From the IMG/VR virus record IMGVR_UViG_3300030099_003764: 64,000 bases of DNA; one strand, written 5' to 3'. Below the pieces are notes generated by a model that had not been told where the DNA came from, did not search any database, and worked only from the letters and a program-made list of their open reading frames with translations. This document shows, in pieces, positions 11,401-21,327 of this stretch. The first letter of the stretch is position 1, and every line of letters starts with the position of its first letter. A program made the position numbers and the translations under genes. The stretch is from an uncultured virus (IMG/VR IMGVR_UViG_3300030099_003764). Taxonomy: Duplodnaviria > Heunggongvirae > Uroviricota > Caudoviricetes.

Positions 11401-14400
11401 ACTATTGGTTCAAGTGTCGAAGTAAAAATATTAGAAGAAGATACGACTATTGGTACTGCCAAAACAACCCATGAATTAAATCTATTGAACGGGGGGCATT
11501 TACATAGCGGTAAAGTTATTTCATTATTGAGTCCTCATATATCTTCTTCAACAGTAAATAAAACATGCGTGTTTGACTATCCTTTAGTTAGCCATTATTC
11601 TTCTGATACCACTGTGAACGCATTTAGTTACAGTGAAAAGTATGGTTCTTCCTATTACAGAATAATTAATTTAGAGAAAGGAAACTACAATAAAACGGAG
11701 TTACCTATTTCGGACACAACCGTTGAGTCTAAGAATTACTATGCTGATATTCCGAGCAAAATTAAATACTACGCTTCTGCGTTTAAGCCGCCGCCAATGG
11801 CCGCAAAATATTCTTCAGTATATTATGACATAAAAGTGAGAGTAAATAAAACAGACTCAAACACAGAAATACACCCTCTTGTAGAATCAAGAGGATTTAA
11901 GCCTGTTTCGGGTTCTAAGTTTTGGGATAGTACAATACACAAGAAAAACGGAACCGCAGAAAGTGTCTATTTGCCACCTACACCTAAATATGCTGATGCG
12001 ACTGAGTTCTTTTTTCTTGATAGAGCCTCCTTTGGTTTTTATGGAGGGCCTTGGAAAACAAAAGACCTATTAAACTTAATAGACCCTAAAGTAGCAAGAA
12101 TGTTTTTATTTTGCAATTCTGATTTGTTACCATATTCTTCAGAAAGATATGATAGTTTAATGTATAGTGGACAAACAAGAGATGTTTCTAATTATAATTT
12201 GATGCTACTAAAGGAACCGACCAGCGATGGTACTTTTGAAGCAAAAGATACAATCAATGGGACTACAAGAATAACTCAAAATGATTCAGATTATTTATCC
12301 TTAAACATAAAAGCAGGTTCTAAAACATTAAGCGACTTGAAAAGATTCTCTTTGATGCGTTTGACTGAAGTAGTTTATGATTGGTCTTTTAATCAAATAG
12401 ACCCCGAAAATGTTATTTCTGAAGAAAGAGTAATACCAAATGTGCCCCTTTTCGATAATACCATAGTTGCAAGCGGAGTTAATATAACAAGCATTAGCGG
12501 TAAAGTAATAACATTAGATGCAAGTGCCTCAAGTTTCATAGTTTATCAAGAATCCATAATTGTTGATTCAAAAGGAAGATTTATGGGAGAAGTAAATACA
12601 ACGACATCAAGTGCGCCATTTACAATAACCTGTTTTGATGAAGTAATGAAAACAAATGGTAATGCTTACTATACAGGACAGTTGTATTATATTGCTTCAA
12701 AAACCGTAGGGGCAATTGAAGTTCTTCATGGAAGAGGTAAAGAAAAATCATTTAAGGGTGCTGAAGAGATTCACATGCTTAAAGGAGTTATTTCCAACGG
12801 AGTAGACGGTGCTAAGTTTGGTGATTCCGGTTCTGATATTCAGGCTATTGCTAATGCTGATTTAGATAATATTTCGGGAAGTACCAATAGTGAAAGAAGC
12901 GATTATAACATATTTTTACCGCCAACCTTTACAGATAACAATGTCGTAGATGAGAGTTCAAGTTTCGGCTTCTATTATTCAAGAATAATGAAATTAATAG
13001 GGGATATGTCAGCGTCTAATTCTTCTGCGAGTATTGCCGCAAGCGATACATTATACAAAGGGATGCTACCAATCTTCTTCAAAGGATTCAGTATAGAAGA
13101 AGGAAAGGCATCTTTTGAAGATGGTATGGTTGGTGCATACATTAAATCCACAGGTCTTTTAGATGGTTTAACCGCTTGTAATGGTGTTGTTGCAAGTTGT
13201 GGAACGGCTTTTAATGCGTTTGAAAATAAACAATCATCTGCCACTTATTCTACGGATGATTCCGGCGGTGTTTTAATGGGCTTTAAGCCGAGATTATACA
13301 TAGACTCCGCAGAAATATCCGGTGTCGCTACAAATAAGTCAGTTGGTGATAGGAATGTGTATAGGTATAATATCCCAATAGGAACGGGAAGGTCAGTTAA
13401 TAAAAGTATTGGTAGTGGTGGAGATGTGTATAGAACATGGCTAACTATGGTAGACTTAACCGGCTGTTATTTAATAACCGAAAATAGTCAGATTCAACCT
13501 GTTTCTGATGGAGGCGGAAGAACCGGTATTAATTCCTCACCGCTTATTGATGCACAGTCAATAAGCGGTGTGGTTCCAAGTTTAGTGTATGTGGTTTCGC
13601 ATGAAGTCGATACTACCAACACTACTGAAACACACATAATAACTACTGATTCAGCACTTTCCGCAGGTTTTTATAGAATTATGCAACCTAATCATACCTG
13701 CTTTTATGACTATTCTCCTAAAGAAATAGTATTGAATGAGGTTTCCCCTAAATATACTAAAAAACCATTTAGTGATGAAATGTATTCGGCTCATAGCACA
13801 TGGGCTATTAGAGATGGCTATACAGGGCCAAGAGGCTCAAGAGCAACAACAGGAACAGGTGAAGCAATTCTTTCTATGTATGTAGCGATAGATATAGACG
13901 CACAAAGCGACAGTGATTTAGTAGTATTGAGAGATGTAACTAAAATGTCCTCTCTATTAGACCAAACAAGTTACTCTATGGCTATTTCAGATGGTGACAA
14001 TACTATCAAAAGCGTAGTAAATTATTCAGTAGATGATGTTAATACTAACTTAAAGTTTAGTGAAATAAAAGAAATGTTAGGTGTCGTTTCTATTTCTGAA
14101 ATAATGACCTTAACTGTTGATAATCCTAATGAAGATTTATCGGGTTATAAAAGAGGTTTAATTGGTAGTGTTGTTAATATTTGTGATGAAGCAGATACTT
14201 TAATTAATAATCTATTAGAAGAAAACGACATAGTTTTCGACAATACAGAAAATACTACCGACTCCGTATTCTTAGCACCTAATTTCCAAGAAACAGATTT
14301 AATGGCAGCAATTAACTATGTGGCAGAGAGAAAGGATAAAACATTTATTTTTGAAGATGGCACTTTTAAAATCAAAGATAAAAGTAGTGACGATTTCAAA

Positions 14401-15084
14401 ACAGGTTATTTCATTAATGATGTTGGAGATATAGAATTATACGGCTATGATAAAGAAGAAGATATGCTTAATTTCTATAATGAAATAGTAGTAAATGGTA
14501 AAAAACACAAATCAAGAAGAAAAGATGATTCAAGTATTAAAGCAATAGGAAGAAAAACTTTAGTGGTCTATGATACAAAACTCACAACAAAGGATGAAGT
14601 AGACCAAAAAGCAAACTCTTTACTTGCTTTGCATACTTCTCAAAATACAATGATAACAATTGAAATAGGACATAAGAATATTTCTCAACTAAAATCAGGA
14701 GATATTGTTGAATTAGAAATAGATAGAGAAGATATTCCAAGAAACGCCTACATAGTATTACAGATAAAGCATCTTCTTACAGGTAACATGGAAGTACAAT
14801 TAGGAAGATATAGTCTAAACATAGAGGATAGATTAGCGGATTTAGCCATATCCATAAAAGACCTAAATGCAGATAATTCACAGACTGAAGATGAATCTAC
14901 ATTAACTCATACTGAAATAAATCAAATAAAAATAAAACCTATTAGATTGTTAATTAGAGAAAGAAAAAGCAACGGAGGGGTTGTGTTTGGATTTGGGGCA
15001 ACTCTAAATACCAACAGTCGCCCATTAGGATTCGGGCAAAGCATCGGTGTGACGCACACAACATTATTGGAGGAAGAGTATTGA
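8428..15084 (+). CDS. Very large tail/baseplate protein (2218 aa)
   Basis: S/T/D/N-rich beta protein; C-terminal 'NEIVVNG...SIKAIGRK...LKSGDIVEL...YIVLQIKH' resembles tail hub (Tal/gp27-like) domains. Confidence 0.7.
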   Translation: MTRIFAESNEVVTEAVNTNSNTTLSNVAGVYYIGMGVTGTDIPDNTYVSATALGSNQVTISNDATDSNPITATFNKTNYNVPTNPKFRTFGAYSGSERLYTIIYGDATNTSDTIAVQGSGSTREYSNLETTEGFRIKNYHPNTFTGINLSTVNLTTHNYFVLIHSDNHLLHHFAKVTKINTDDSLGDSFEFTPSLGTEIEEGTKFMVFKGPSVSSNVFAISAGIKRELQDSLVCAGPLFYFFDDELDKEGQLDHNTKYFQRFIGSTSVTTISPTIHNTFVTASDNGFIIKDYSKYTMNVKMVDNLKDLDYPAYIENFANNPSALPQEYDSPDYTIFTTPNVFTDYNDCFPNARRDGDLDVHPLSDISYTGPIRYVHYDFSPTKANKAYNTFDLVLEESIGKRGSYVEGKAVDNKRILKQKNSVFDKLRVRHRLHRGNFNDWFALKATVKQNTTTANEYTFTTEYDLSELLNDGDEVRIGSHIYIIDNIDGINNSGTTGKEQDITFRAERRTETETIFASASYTLAANAVIYRRAWNVNDSTLLTNFDILENRNSNLYVKLISEEFGFLEASVTDSDSNKQLLTLQFDSDTQVNNTNRSISILDYMDGSYYIEVEKFSGVIEKLKSYKDKDTGQSFLDYSGRSDIRKLLGPSINKNTLHSQDIIYSTNSMFNIGTDLNSGTITKCTFDDDEVTFTNSCTGDLQVGDKLFCVYGGHLTIAYIGQVKTIDNGTTVTLEENARAEVKSPAEAVFYTREKHYMFNKALSHNRFMTSCSDLSGASGKGLFFDSGVVINSDGSEGSTLINSSSVNTPKSVGYHLDNIMKVDSINFKSIFSSTPSGKNDGFFQARLHNNASSRTYTDIDTINTLLDFNILGITTEEKTSIIEVAPHLPLTLGRVDINYANTLNTIFDSDLLGTTSTATTSKTYIRVSNSDTTALSSTSAERKHYGKPVYAGEDGEEVFIGFFVNAFLGNNSINSGNGTDDIIIMLDRPVTIGSSVEVKILEEDTTIGTAKTTHELNLLNGGHLHSGKVISLLSPHISSSTVNKTCVFDYPLVSHYSSDTTVNAFSYSEKYGSSYYRIINLEKGNYNKTELPISDTTVESKNYYADIPSKIKYYASAFKPPPMAAKYSSVYYDIKVRVNKTDSNTEIHPLVESRGFKPVSGSKFWDSTIHKKNGTAESVYLPPTPKYADATEFFFLDRASFGFYGGPWKTKDLLNLIDPKVARMFLFCNSDLLPYSSERYDSLMYSGQTRDVSNYNLMLLKEPTSDGTFEAKDTINGTTRITQNDSDYLSLNIKAGSKTLSDLKRFSLMRLTEVVYDWSFNQIDPENVISEERVIPNVPLFDNTIVASGVNITSISGKVITLDASASSFIVYQESIIVDSKGRFMGEVNTTTSSAPFTITCFDEVMKTNGNAYYTGQLYYIASKTVGAIEVLHGRGKEKSFKGAEEIHMLKGVISNGVDGAKFGDSGSDIQAIANADLDNISGSTNSERSDYNIFLPPTFTDNNVVDESSSFGFYYSRIMKLIGDMSASNSSASIAASDTLYKGMLPIFFKGFSIEEGKASFEDGMVGAYIKSTGLLDGLTACNGVVASCGTAFNAFENKQSSATYSTDDSGGVLMGFKPRLYIDSAEISGVATNKSVGDRNVYRYNIPIGTGRSVNKSIGSGGDVYRTWLTMVDLTGCYLITENSQIQPVSDGGGRTGINSSPLIDAQSISGVVPSLVYVVSHEVDTTNTTETHIITTDSALSAGFYRIMQPNHTCFYDYSPKEIVLNEVSPKYTKKPFSDEMYSAHSTWAIRDGYTGPRGSRATTGTGEAILSMYVAIDIDAQSDSDLVVLRDVTKMSSLLDQTSYSMAISDGDNTIKSVVNYSVDDVNTNLKFSEIKEMLGVVSISEIMTLTVDNPNEDLSGYKRGLIGSVVNICDEADTLINNLLEENDIVFDNTENTTDSVFLAPNFQETDLMAAINYVAERKDKTFIFEDGTFKIKDKSSDDFKTGYFINDVGDIELYGYDKEEDMLNFYNEIVVNGKKHKSRRKDDSSIKAIGRKTLVVYDTKLTTKDEVDQKANSLLALHTSQNTMITIEIGHKNISQLKSGDIVELEIDREDIPRNAYIVLQIKHLLTGNMEVQLGRYSLNIEDRLADLAISIKDLNADNSQTEDESTLTHTEINQIKIKPIRLLIRERKSNGGVVFGFGATLNTNSRPLGFGQSIGVTHTTLLEEEY

Positions 15085-15434
15085 TTACAGATAAGTTCAA
15101 GTCATTAATTGCAGAAGAATTAGTTTCTTTGCTGGCTAATGGAAGAGTAGGTCAAGGAGGAAACTCAACAAATCCATCGGCTACTGATTTAGATGTAGAT
15201 ATAGGTGCAAGTGATTCAGCATACACTACATCAGCAATTAAATCCGGTGAAAATACTGTTGAGTACAGTCTAAAGATAGCAGGGTCAAATAGCAACTTAA
15301 ATGGTAAGAGCATTAGAGAGGCGGCATTTTTTGATTCAAATGACAATATGTTAGCAAGACTAAACTTTGACGCATTAGGGCCGGTTGCTAACACAAGTGA
15401 TTTAGAAATATTCTTTATTTTGGAGTTTGAGTGA
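15081..15434 (+). CDS. Putative tail/baseplate protein
   Basis: 'IREAAFFDSNDNMLAR' resembles tail-fibre attachment domains (IxExGLFDxxGxLxAR). Confidence 0.55.
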   Translation: MITDKFKSLIAEELVSLLANGRVGQGGNSTNPSATDLDVDIGASDSAYTTSAIKSGENTVEYSLKIAGSNSNLNGKSIREAAFFDSNDNMLARLNFDALGPVANTSDLEIFFILEFE

Positions 15435-17475
15435 TATGGGAACAGTAAATAATCCACACAATTATAGCACTACTTCGGGCACAACCCCAACTGCACAGAT
15501 TACTGATGATGTTGATTATCCACATACAGGATTAATCAAATCCCTAAGTCAAGGTATTAGGGGGAATTATGCAATTAAGGGTAGTGCCACTGATTTTGAT
15601 ATTACTTTCGCTGATGGTGGTTCTTTTACTACTATTGCAGTAACAGCAGGTAAAGCATATAGAGATGGTAAATTAGAAACAATTACTGCTTTAAGTGCTA
15701 CTAATATGGACACTTCATATAATTCCGGCACAGGTGCAGTGGATATTACGCCTGTTACGGATAATGTCTATTTAATGCTTGTTGCTAAATCAGATAATAC
15801 TATGGTACTAAGAGGCTCTAATGCAGTAACAAATAGAATACCGGATTATGAACCGGATGATATTCCTATTGCTATCATTAAAGTTGTAGGGGGTTCTGCT
15901 GATGATTCAGCCGCTACTTCTGATAGATTGGTTCAATTCTTAACTACTGATAAAGTTGGTAATGATTTAAGCATTGGTTATGATGATTCGGGATATACTG
16001 AAGCATTATCAGTAAGTGCAAATGCCGGAGATACTACCATAGAAAATAAGGTTTCAAATAAAGATATTATTTTCAAAGTAAATGATGGTGGAACTCCGAC
16101 TGAAGTAGCGAGAATTGATGGTGAACATGCAAGAGTTGGTATTGGGACAGATACCCCAACTACTAAATTAGAAGTCAAAGGAGATACAACAATTTCAAGA
16201 AGTGCGGATTCGGGGCAAACGAGAACGCTAAGCATAGAAGGGGCAAGAAACGCAACGGGAACTGATTACGCTAGAATTGATTTAGAAAATTATGATTCTC
16301 ACGGCCCTACTTCTTATGTTGGTGCAAGAATTAGCGCAGTTAATGAAGCAGATGGAGTTAATGATGGAAGTTTAGTATTTTCAACTAATAACGCAAATGC
16401 AGGAATAACAGAGAGAATGAGAATTAATGATGCAGGAAATGTTGGTATTGGAACAGATAGTCCTGAAACAACGCTTCACTTGAAATCTTCTTCAACATTA
16501 CAACCTAGATTATTAATTGAAAATACTAATACTAATGTTGAAGAACCTATGCTTATTTTTAGAAAAAACAGCGCAACTCCTAATGCTTTAACGAATCCTG
16601 CATCATTCACTGACGCTACTTGCGATACTAACCATACAACGGGATTATCTGATGGCGCAAGCACAAGTGTTAGACATATTACACATAATGCCAATGCCAA
16701 TATTGTTGTAGGTTTGACCGTTTCGGGAACAGGTATTCCTTCGGGTGCTACCATTGTAGCAATAAATAACTCTACTTGTTTTACATTAAGTGCTGATACT
16801 ACCGCTACAAATACAAACACAACTCTAACTTTTGTGAGTGCAGAAGTTGATGATTTAGGAATTATTAGATTTGAGGGAGAAGATAGCGTAGGGTCAAATA
16901 CTCTTTATGCTCATATTCTTGCAGAATCAAGAGGTGTAACAAATACACAAGAAGCAGGTAAATTAAATTTTAATGTAATGCACCAAGGCACTTCAAGACG
17001 ATTACTGTTAGTTCAAGGAAATACTACTGCTGGTGCATCAGTAATGGTAAATGACGGGCAGCAAGATTGTGATTTTGTCGTGGAGGGAGTAGGGAATGCT
17101 CATCTATTAAGAACCGATGCGGCTAATGATAGAGTAGCAATAGGCCATAATAGCCCTACTGCTACATTAGATATGCTTACGGGTGGAACATTCAGAAATA
17201 CAAGATTATTAACAGTTTCAGTTTCAGCAAGCACTACTTTAACTGAAGCGGCAAATGCTGGAAGATACAACATATGTGCTGGAAATGTAACATTACCTTC
17301 AACTTCAACTGCTGGTGAACATTATGCTATTCTAAATACAACAGGTGGAGATATTACTATTGGTCGTAATGGAAATAATATCAATGGTGCTGGTTCTGAT
17401 GCTACTTTAGGAACATTCAAAGCCGCTACTTGTATTGCTATTGGTTCTAATAATTGGATGGTAATTGGTGTTTGA
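15427..17475 (+). CDS. Tail fibre protein
   Basis: Repeated RVGIGTDTP / NVGIGTDSP / RVAIGHNSP and 'TERMRI' motifs typical of phage fibres. Start may be the ATG at 15436. Confidence 0.8.
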   Translation: MSDMGTVNNPHNYSTTSGTTPTAQITDDVDYPHTGLIKSLSQGIRGNYAIKGSATDFDITFADGGSFTTIAVTAGKAYRDGKLETITALSATNMDTSYNSGTGAVDITPVTDNVYLMLVAKSDNTMVLRGSNAVTNRIPDYEPDDIPIAIIKVVGGSADDSAATSDRLVQFLTTDKVGNDLSIGYDDSGYTEALSVSANAGDTTIENKVSNKDIIFKVNDGGTPTEVARIDGEHARVGIGTDTPTTKLEVKGDTTISRSADSGQTRTLSIEGARNATGTDYARIDLENYDSHGPTSYVGARISAVNEADGVNDGSLVFSTNNANAGITERMRINDAGNVGIGTDSPETTLHLKSSSTLQPRLLIENTNTNVEEPMLIFRKNSATPNALTNPASFTDATCDTNHTTGLSDGASTSVRHITHNANANIVVGLTVSGTGIPSGATIVAINNSTCFTLSADTTATNTNTTLTFVSAEVDDLGIIRFEGEDSVGSNTLYAHILAESRGVTNTQEAGKLNFNVMHQGTSRRLLLVQGNTTAGASVMVNDGQQDCDFVVEGVGNAHLLRTDAANDRVAIGHNSPTATLDMLTGGTFRNTRLLTVSVSASTTLTEAANAGRYNICAGNVTLPSTSTAGEHYAILNTTGGDITIGRNGNNINGAGSDATLGTFKAATCIAIGSNNWMVIGV

Positions 17476-17905
17476 TATGTATATTATTTTAACCGGTTGT
17501 GCCCAACAAGGCGCATCACCGCCTTTTGCCGCATCATTAGATGTTTCTTCATTACAAGATATTGCTGATATGTCGGCGGTAGGAACAGGCTCAATTGTTA
17601 CATTTACAACACCGATAGGAGTATTAGATGCAACAGTGGTTCCAAGTGGAGGAAGCGGTAATTATACCTTTTCTTGGGCCGTAACTAAAACATTTGAAAA
17701 CTCTGATACAGGAAGTAGGTTTTCTGTTGCTTCAACAGGAAGCACTAATGGCCCAACTTATAATAGTTTAACAATTAATGGTGCAAGACCGGCAGGTGGA
17801 GGGCAAGTTTTTGATGCAGAGTTTAATATGGCTTGTACTGCAAGTGATGGTGTAACTAATATTGTTGTCAATGTCCCAATAAGAGTTATAGCCGCAGGGT
17901 TCTGA
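17465..17905 (+). CDS. Putative tail fibre-associated Ig/PKD-like protein
   Basis: 'SGGSGNYTFSW', 'CTASDG' Ig-like motifs; last gene of the + strand module. Confidence 0.5.
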   Translation: MVFDMYIILTGCAQQGASPPFAASLDVSSLQDIADMSAVGTGSIVTFTTPIGVLDATVVPSGGSGNYTFSWAVTKTFENSDTGSRFSVASTGSTNGPTYNSLTINGARPAGGGQVFDAEFNMACTASDGVTNIVVNVPIRVIAAGF

Positions 17906-17952
17906 TTAAAAAATAATCCATTTTAAGCGGAAAAAAGAACGAAAAAAAATCC

Positions 17953-17984
17953 AAAAAAAAAGGAGGGAGGCCGAAGCCTCCCTC
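17953..17984 (-). terminator. Hairpin + T-tract terminator at the convergence of structural and replication modules
   Basis: Minus strand GAGGGAGGC-TTCG-GCCTCCCTC followed by a T-run (A-run 17953-17961 on +). Confidence 0.8.
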
Positions 17985-18131
17985 TCAATTTTTCGTTTTA
18001 ATAGACCAAATACCGCCGCATTCTCGGCATTCCCATAAATTAACTCTATCGTTTGAACCTACATAATATCCTACTAAACGCTTCGCTAATGTGCGTTTAG
18101 TACAATATTTGCAAGTTTGTTTCAAACTCAT
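17985..18131 (-). CDS. Small zinc-ribbon protein (48 aa, not in ORF track)
   Basis: MSLKQTCKYC...WECRECGGIW; CxxC-CxxC; overlapping start/stop with upstream ORF. Confidence 0.6.
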   Translation of the reverse strand: MSLKQTCKYCTKRTLAKRLVGYYVGSNDRVNLWECRECGGIWSIKTKN

Positions 18132-18283
18132 TGCTTCTTGTCACCTTCTGATTCTCCAATCAATCTTCTCATATAGTCCTCTACGCTTTGGTCTGTAATA
18201 TTATTACCACCAAAAGCCGCAAAGAATAATAGAGTGATTATGATTAGAAATACCAAAAGGCCAAACCATTCTGCTGTACTCAT
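18128..18283 (-). CDS. Small membrane protein (51 aa, not in ORF track)
   Basis: MSTAEWFGLLVFLIIITLLFFAAFGG...; single hydrophobic segment; coupled to neighbours. Confidence 0.55.
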   Translation of the reverse strand: MSTAEWFGLLVFLIIITLLFFAAFGGNNITDQSVEDYMRRLIGESEGDKKQ

Positions 18284-18885
18284 TACCAATCAACTCCTAA
18301 TTCTACAAATTGCTCCTTTTCAATAGAAAATGCTTTAACAATACCATTATTTTGTCCATACTTCCAAAGGTCATATACTAATTGAGTATCTTTCATACAA
18401 TACTCTACTACTTCATCGTATCTTCCCATTTTCCATAGTTTAGGTGCATCAGCACTATCCATTAGTTTAGCATCATCTAAAGAACACTTCACAAGATTCT
18501 TTAGTTGCATTCTTTCTCCATGTTCTTTTAGAATGTATTTGCTTGTATCAATATATCTTTCATTACCTAAATACTTATGAATGCAATAAATATCCATAGC
18601 ATCTCTCAATACAGGCAAATCAAACGCTGCAATGTTATGTCCTAACAAAGAGCCGCCTTTCTGAAAATGATTGTCTAAATCGTATTTTAGTTCGGAAAGG
18701 GGCTTTATTACATGACCCGACTTAGCAAAGAAATCAACGGGTTCATCAACATAAACGGTTCCATTAGAACCATCCCATGTAGCAACTGTTGATACTTGAA
18801 ACATATGAGTATTAGAAAACCCACCTATGTCATGCGACATATTCTTGGTTTCAATATCCAATGCTAATACAGACATTATAATCAC
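18283..18885 (-). CDS. DEDD/RNase H-fold 3'-5' exonuclease
   Basis: 'LDIET', 'GHNIAAFDL', 'YCMKD' exonuclease motifs I-III. Confidence 0.8.
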   Translation of the reverse strand: MIIMSVLALDIETKNMSHDIGGFSNTHMFQVSTVATWDGSNGTVYVDEPVDFFAKSGHVIKPLSELKYDLDNHFQKGGSLLGHNIAAFDLPVLRDAMDIYCIHKYLGNERYIDTSKYILKEHGERMQLKNLVKCSLDDAKLMDSADAPKLWKMGRYDEVVEYCMKDTQLVYDLWKYGQNNGIVKAFSIEKEQFVELGVDW

Positions 18886-19109
18886 TCAGAGCCGTTAGAC
18901 CACAATTTAGAGATTTTTTTCGCTTCTGCATCTTCAGTCGGTTCTTCGCCACCAATCTTTCTTTTTAAGAAAGCGACGATGTTTGCACCTGCAATACTTA
19001 GCATGGAACAACATTCCCAACCTTCATCTCCATAGGTGTCTAAAGTTTCTATAATTACTTTTGGCCCTTTTGTTACATCAAACACTACATATGTGTTTTC
19101 CCATTTCAT
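18882..19109 (-). CDS. DUF4177-like small protein
   Basis: 'KWEN...LDTYGDEGWECC...FLKRK' pattern. Confidence 0.55.
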   Translation of the reverse strand: MKWENTYVVFDVTKGPKVIIETLDTYGDEGWECCSMLSIAGANIVAFLKRKIGGEEPTEDAEAKKISKLWSNGSE

Positions 19110-20626
19110 TTCTTTTCCCCCTTTAGTCTAATAAATACTGAACGACCTTGTTTATCTGTTTCAAAGTGATGTTCATTTTCATTCCATAAAACATAAATCC
19201 TTGCCTTTTTTAGTCCAAGTTTATCCATAAGAGTATCTAAGAATAATTTCTTACTAACATAACCTTCTTCATCTTTATCCATTTCTGTGAATACTTTGAG
19301 AAATGCTGATTCTTGATTCTTTTCAGCCATGCTTCTACGCCTTACTCTTAGGCTTCGTTCCAACCAATCTACCAATGTCATATAACACTGTCGCACGATA
19401 GAGGCCGCTTGCCGTACATTATACCCCGTAACCAAGAAGCGGTCTTGCTTGTTGGTAATAGAACGGCTTTGGGCGACACTGCAAAGAACAGACATTTTGA
19501 ATAGTATTTTCAATAAACGGGTAGTAAAATTAGATGCAATCTTTCTAACTTCGGGAGATGCTGATTGAATATATGCTTCCATACCCTCATATTCAAACTC
19601 CAATACATCATTAAACTCCGGTGAAAACTTCATCACTTTAAGTCCGTCTTTCTCTACTTCTTCCCATCTTTCCTTAACCATACAGTATATCTTAAATAAA
19701 GCATTAGCGTGTTTATCAATAGGCATGTCAATATCTACAATCTTACCAGCATAAGAGATTTGTTTTCTTCTCATCTTATCTTGAATAAAATGCGGAACAT
19801 CCCAAATAAACAATAACATTCTTTGAAGAACGCCCTTTTCTGTCATTACTGATTCTAACTTATGTGGAGGATATGTCATAGCCAAAACAGAACGCTCACA
19901 AAAACACATCATTGTATCGCCTTCTTTCAACTTTTTAGATACAACCCAATTTTCACCATGTAATGTATTCATAAAAGTATTAAGCATAACAATAGCATCT
20001 TGTTTGTGTTGGCTTTCCTTAAATACACCAGAATATTCAAACTCATCCCAATGCGCTAAACCACTGCCTTCTAATTCACCAGCAACCCTTTTTTGCCTAA
20101 ACTCACCTTTAGTTTCACTATCTTCGCCTCTATCTAATTCTTCTTTATAGTGCCCTATTAATGCCGCATCTGTATAAAGAGTAGTAGAAAACACATTGAA
20201 ATCTTTTGGTTTCTTAGGAACAAAATCACCTTCAAACTCAGGAGGAATTAATTCTGCTAATGGATGGCTATTTGTATCATTAATCTTTTTGAATACACTT
20301 TTTGCTACCGGCCCTACAAAATTATACAATGTAGATTTACCCGTACCGGAAGTCTGTATTTGACAGAAATGTATTCTTGAATCTTCAATACTGAAACCAT
20401 TAGGTATCTTAATGTAGTCTTTACAGATTTGCCCCAATATAACAAAATACGATACTGCCGCAGGTATTTCATTATAATGCGCTACATTCACTGCATCTTT
20501 CTGAAACTCTTGTACGATTCTCGGTAATGTACCAGCAAACGCTTGAGTATTTTCTTCGTATATTTCCATATACTTTTCTTCATCTTCTCCCTCATACATT
20601 TGAGAGGTTCTCATTTCTTCATTCAT
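19106..20626 (-). CDS. AAA+ ATPase, putative replicative (MCM-like) helicase
   Basis: Walker A 'TSGTGKS', Walker B 'HWDEFE', 'VLQRM' arginine-finger-like motif, C-terminal wHTH-like segment; located near the primase. Confidence 0.6.
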   Translation of the reverse strand: MNEEMRTSQMYEGEDEEKYMEIYEENTQAFAGTLPRIVQEFQKDAVNVAHYNEIPAAVSYFVILGQICKDYIKIPNGFSIEDSRIHFCQIQTSGTGKSTLYNFVGPVAKSVFKKINDTNSHPLAELIPPEFEGDFVPKKPKDFNVFSTTLYTDAALIGHYKEELDRGEDSETKGEFRQKRVAGELEGSGLAHWDEFEYSGVFKESQHKQDAIVMLNTFMNTLHGENWVVSKKLKEGDTMMCFCERSVLAMTYPPHKLESVMTEKGVLQRMLLFIWDVPHFIQDKMRRKQISYAGKIVDIDMPIDKHANALFKIYCMVKERWEEVEKDGLKVMKFSPEFNDVLEFEYEGMEAYIQSASPEVRKIASNFTTRLLKILFKMSVLCSVAQSRSITNKQDRFLVTGYNVRQAASIVRQCYMTLVDWLERSLRVRRRSMAEKNQESAFLKVFTEMDKDEEGYVSKKLFLDTLMDKLGLKKARIYVLWNENEHHFETDKQGRSVFIRLKGEKK

Positions 20627-21327
20627 ATTTTCACCTTGTCCTCACTGTTTAATGTGTCTAATATTCTTTTGGCGGTCTTTTCGCCTATTCCATCCATGTG
20701 ACACAATTCATGGACTTTTTGTTCTCCTATTTCCATAATGCAACCATACTCTTTGATTAGAGCCTTTGCTTTCTTATATGAAACTCCCTTAATACTTGTT
20801 AGTACATCTAATCTTAAATCATCAGTAGTAACTCTCTTGAATACTTCAGGTCTAATTACATCTCTAACAATAGGTTTCATTTTGCATATGCTACTTATTA
20901 TTAAAGCCGCTTCTTCTTCTGAAGGAACCCAAAATGCTTTTACATCAGTATCTAATGTAATTCTTCCTATTCCTCCTAAAAACTTATTATTCAACATCAT
21001 TGTTCTTGCAGGTTCTTGAATGTTAGATTTACCGTATTCTTTTATATTATAAATTGCTTCTTCTAATGAACCGTAAATAATTACAATGTTAGTTTTGTAG
21101 TGCCTATCCATGTTATCTATTTGAGTCCATATTCTTTTACTCATAACTGAACCCAAAAAGTCTGTTGATGATTTTGCTTCAAAACAAACATCATCAAAAA
21201 CATAGTCGCCAATTTCAAGCCATTTCTTTTCTGTCTTTATTCCTAAACTCTTACACTTTAATTCAACCAAGCGCACTAACTTAGAACCTTGTTTTTCTCT
21301 ACTATCTATTATTAACATATTACTCAC
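20623..21327 (-). CDS. ERCC4/XPF-family nuclease with HhH motifs
   Basis: 'IIDSRE', 'LEIGDY', 'FEAKSSTDF'; HhH 'IKGVSYKKA' and 'MDGIGEKTA'. Confidence 0.85.
   Translation of the reverse strand: MSNMLIIDSREKQGSKLVRLVELKCKSLGIKTEKKWLEIGDYVFDDVCFEAKSSTDFLGSVMSKRIWTQIDNMDRHYKTNIVIIYGSLEEAIYNIKEYGKSNIQEPARTMMLNNKFLGGIGRITLDTDVKAFWVPSEEEAALIISSICKMKPIVRDVIRPEVFKRVTTDDLRLDVLTSIKGVSYKKAKALIKEYGCIMEIGEQKVHELCHMDGIGEKTAKRILDTLNSEDKVKI

Noticed and set aside
677..16820. Minus-strand ORFs within the structural module (e.g. 677-964, 5357-5725, 16476-16820)
   Set aside because: Antisense shadows of long + strand genes with no RBS or recognisable motifs.
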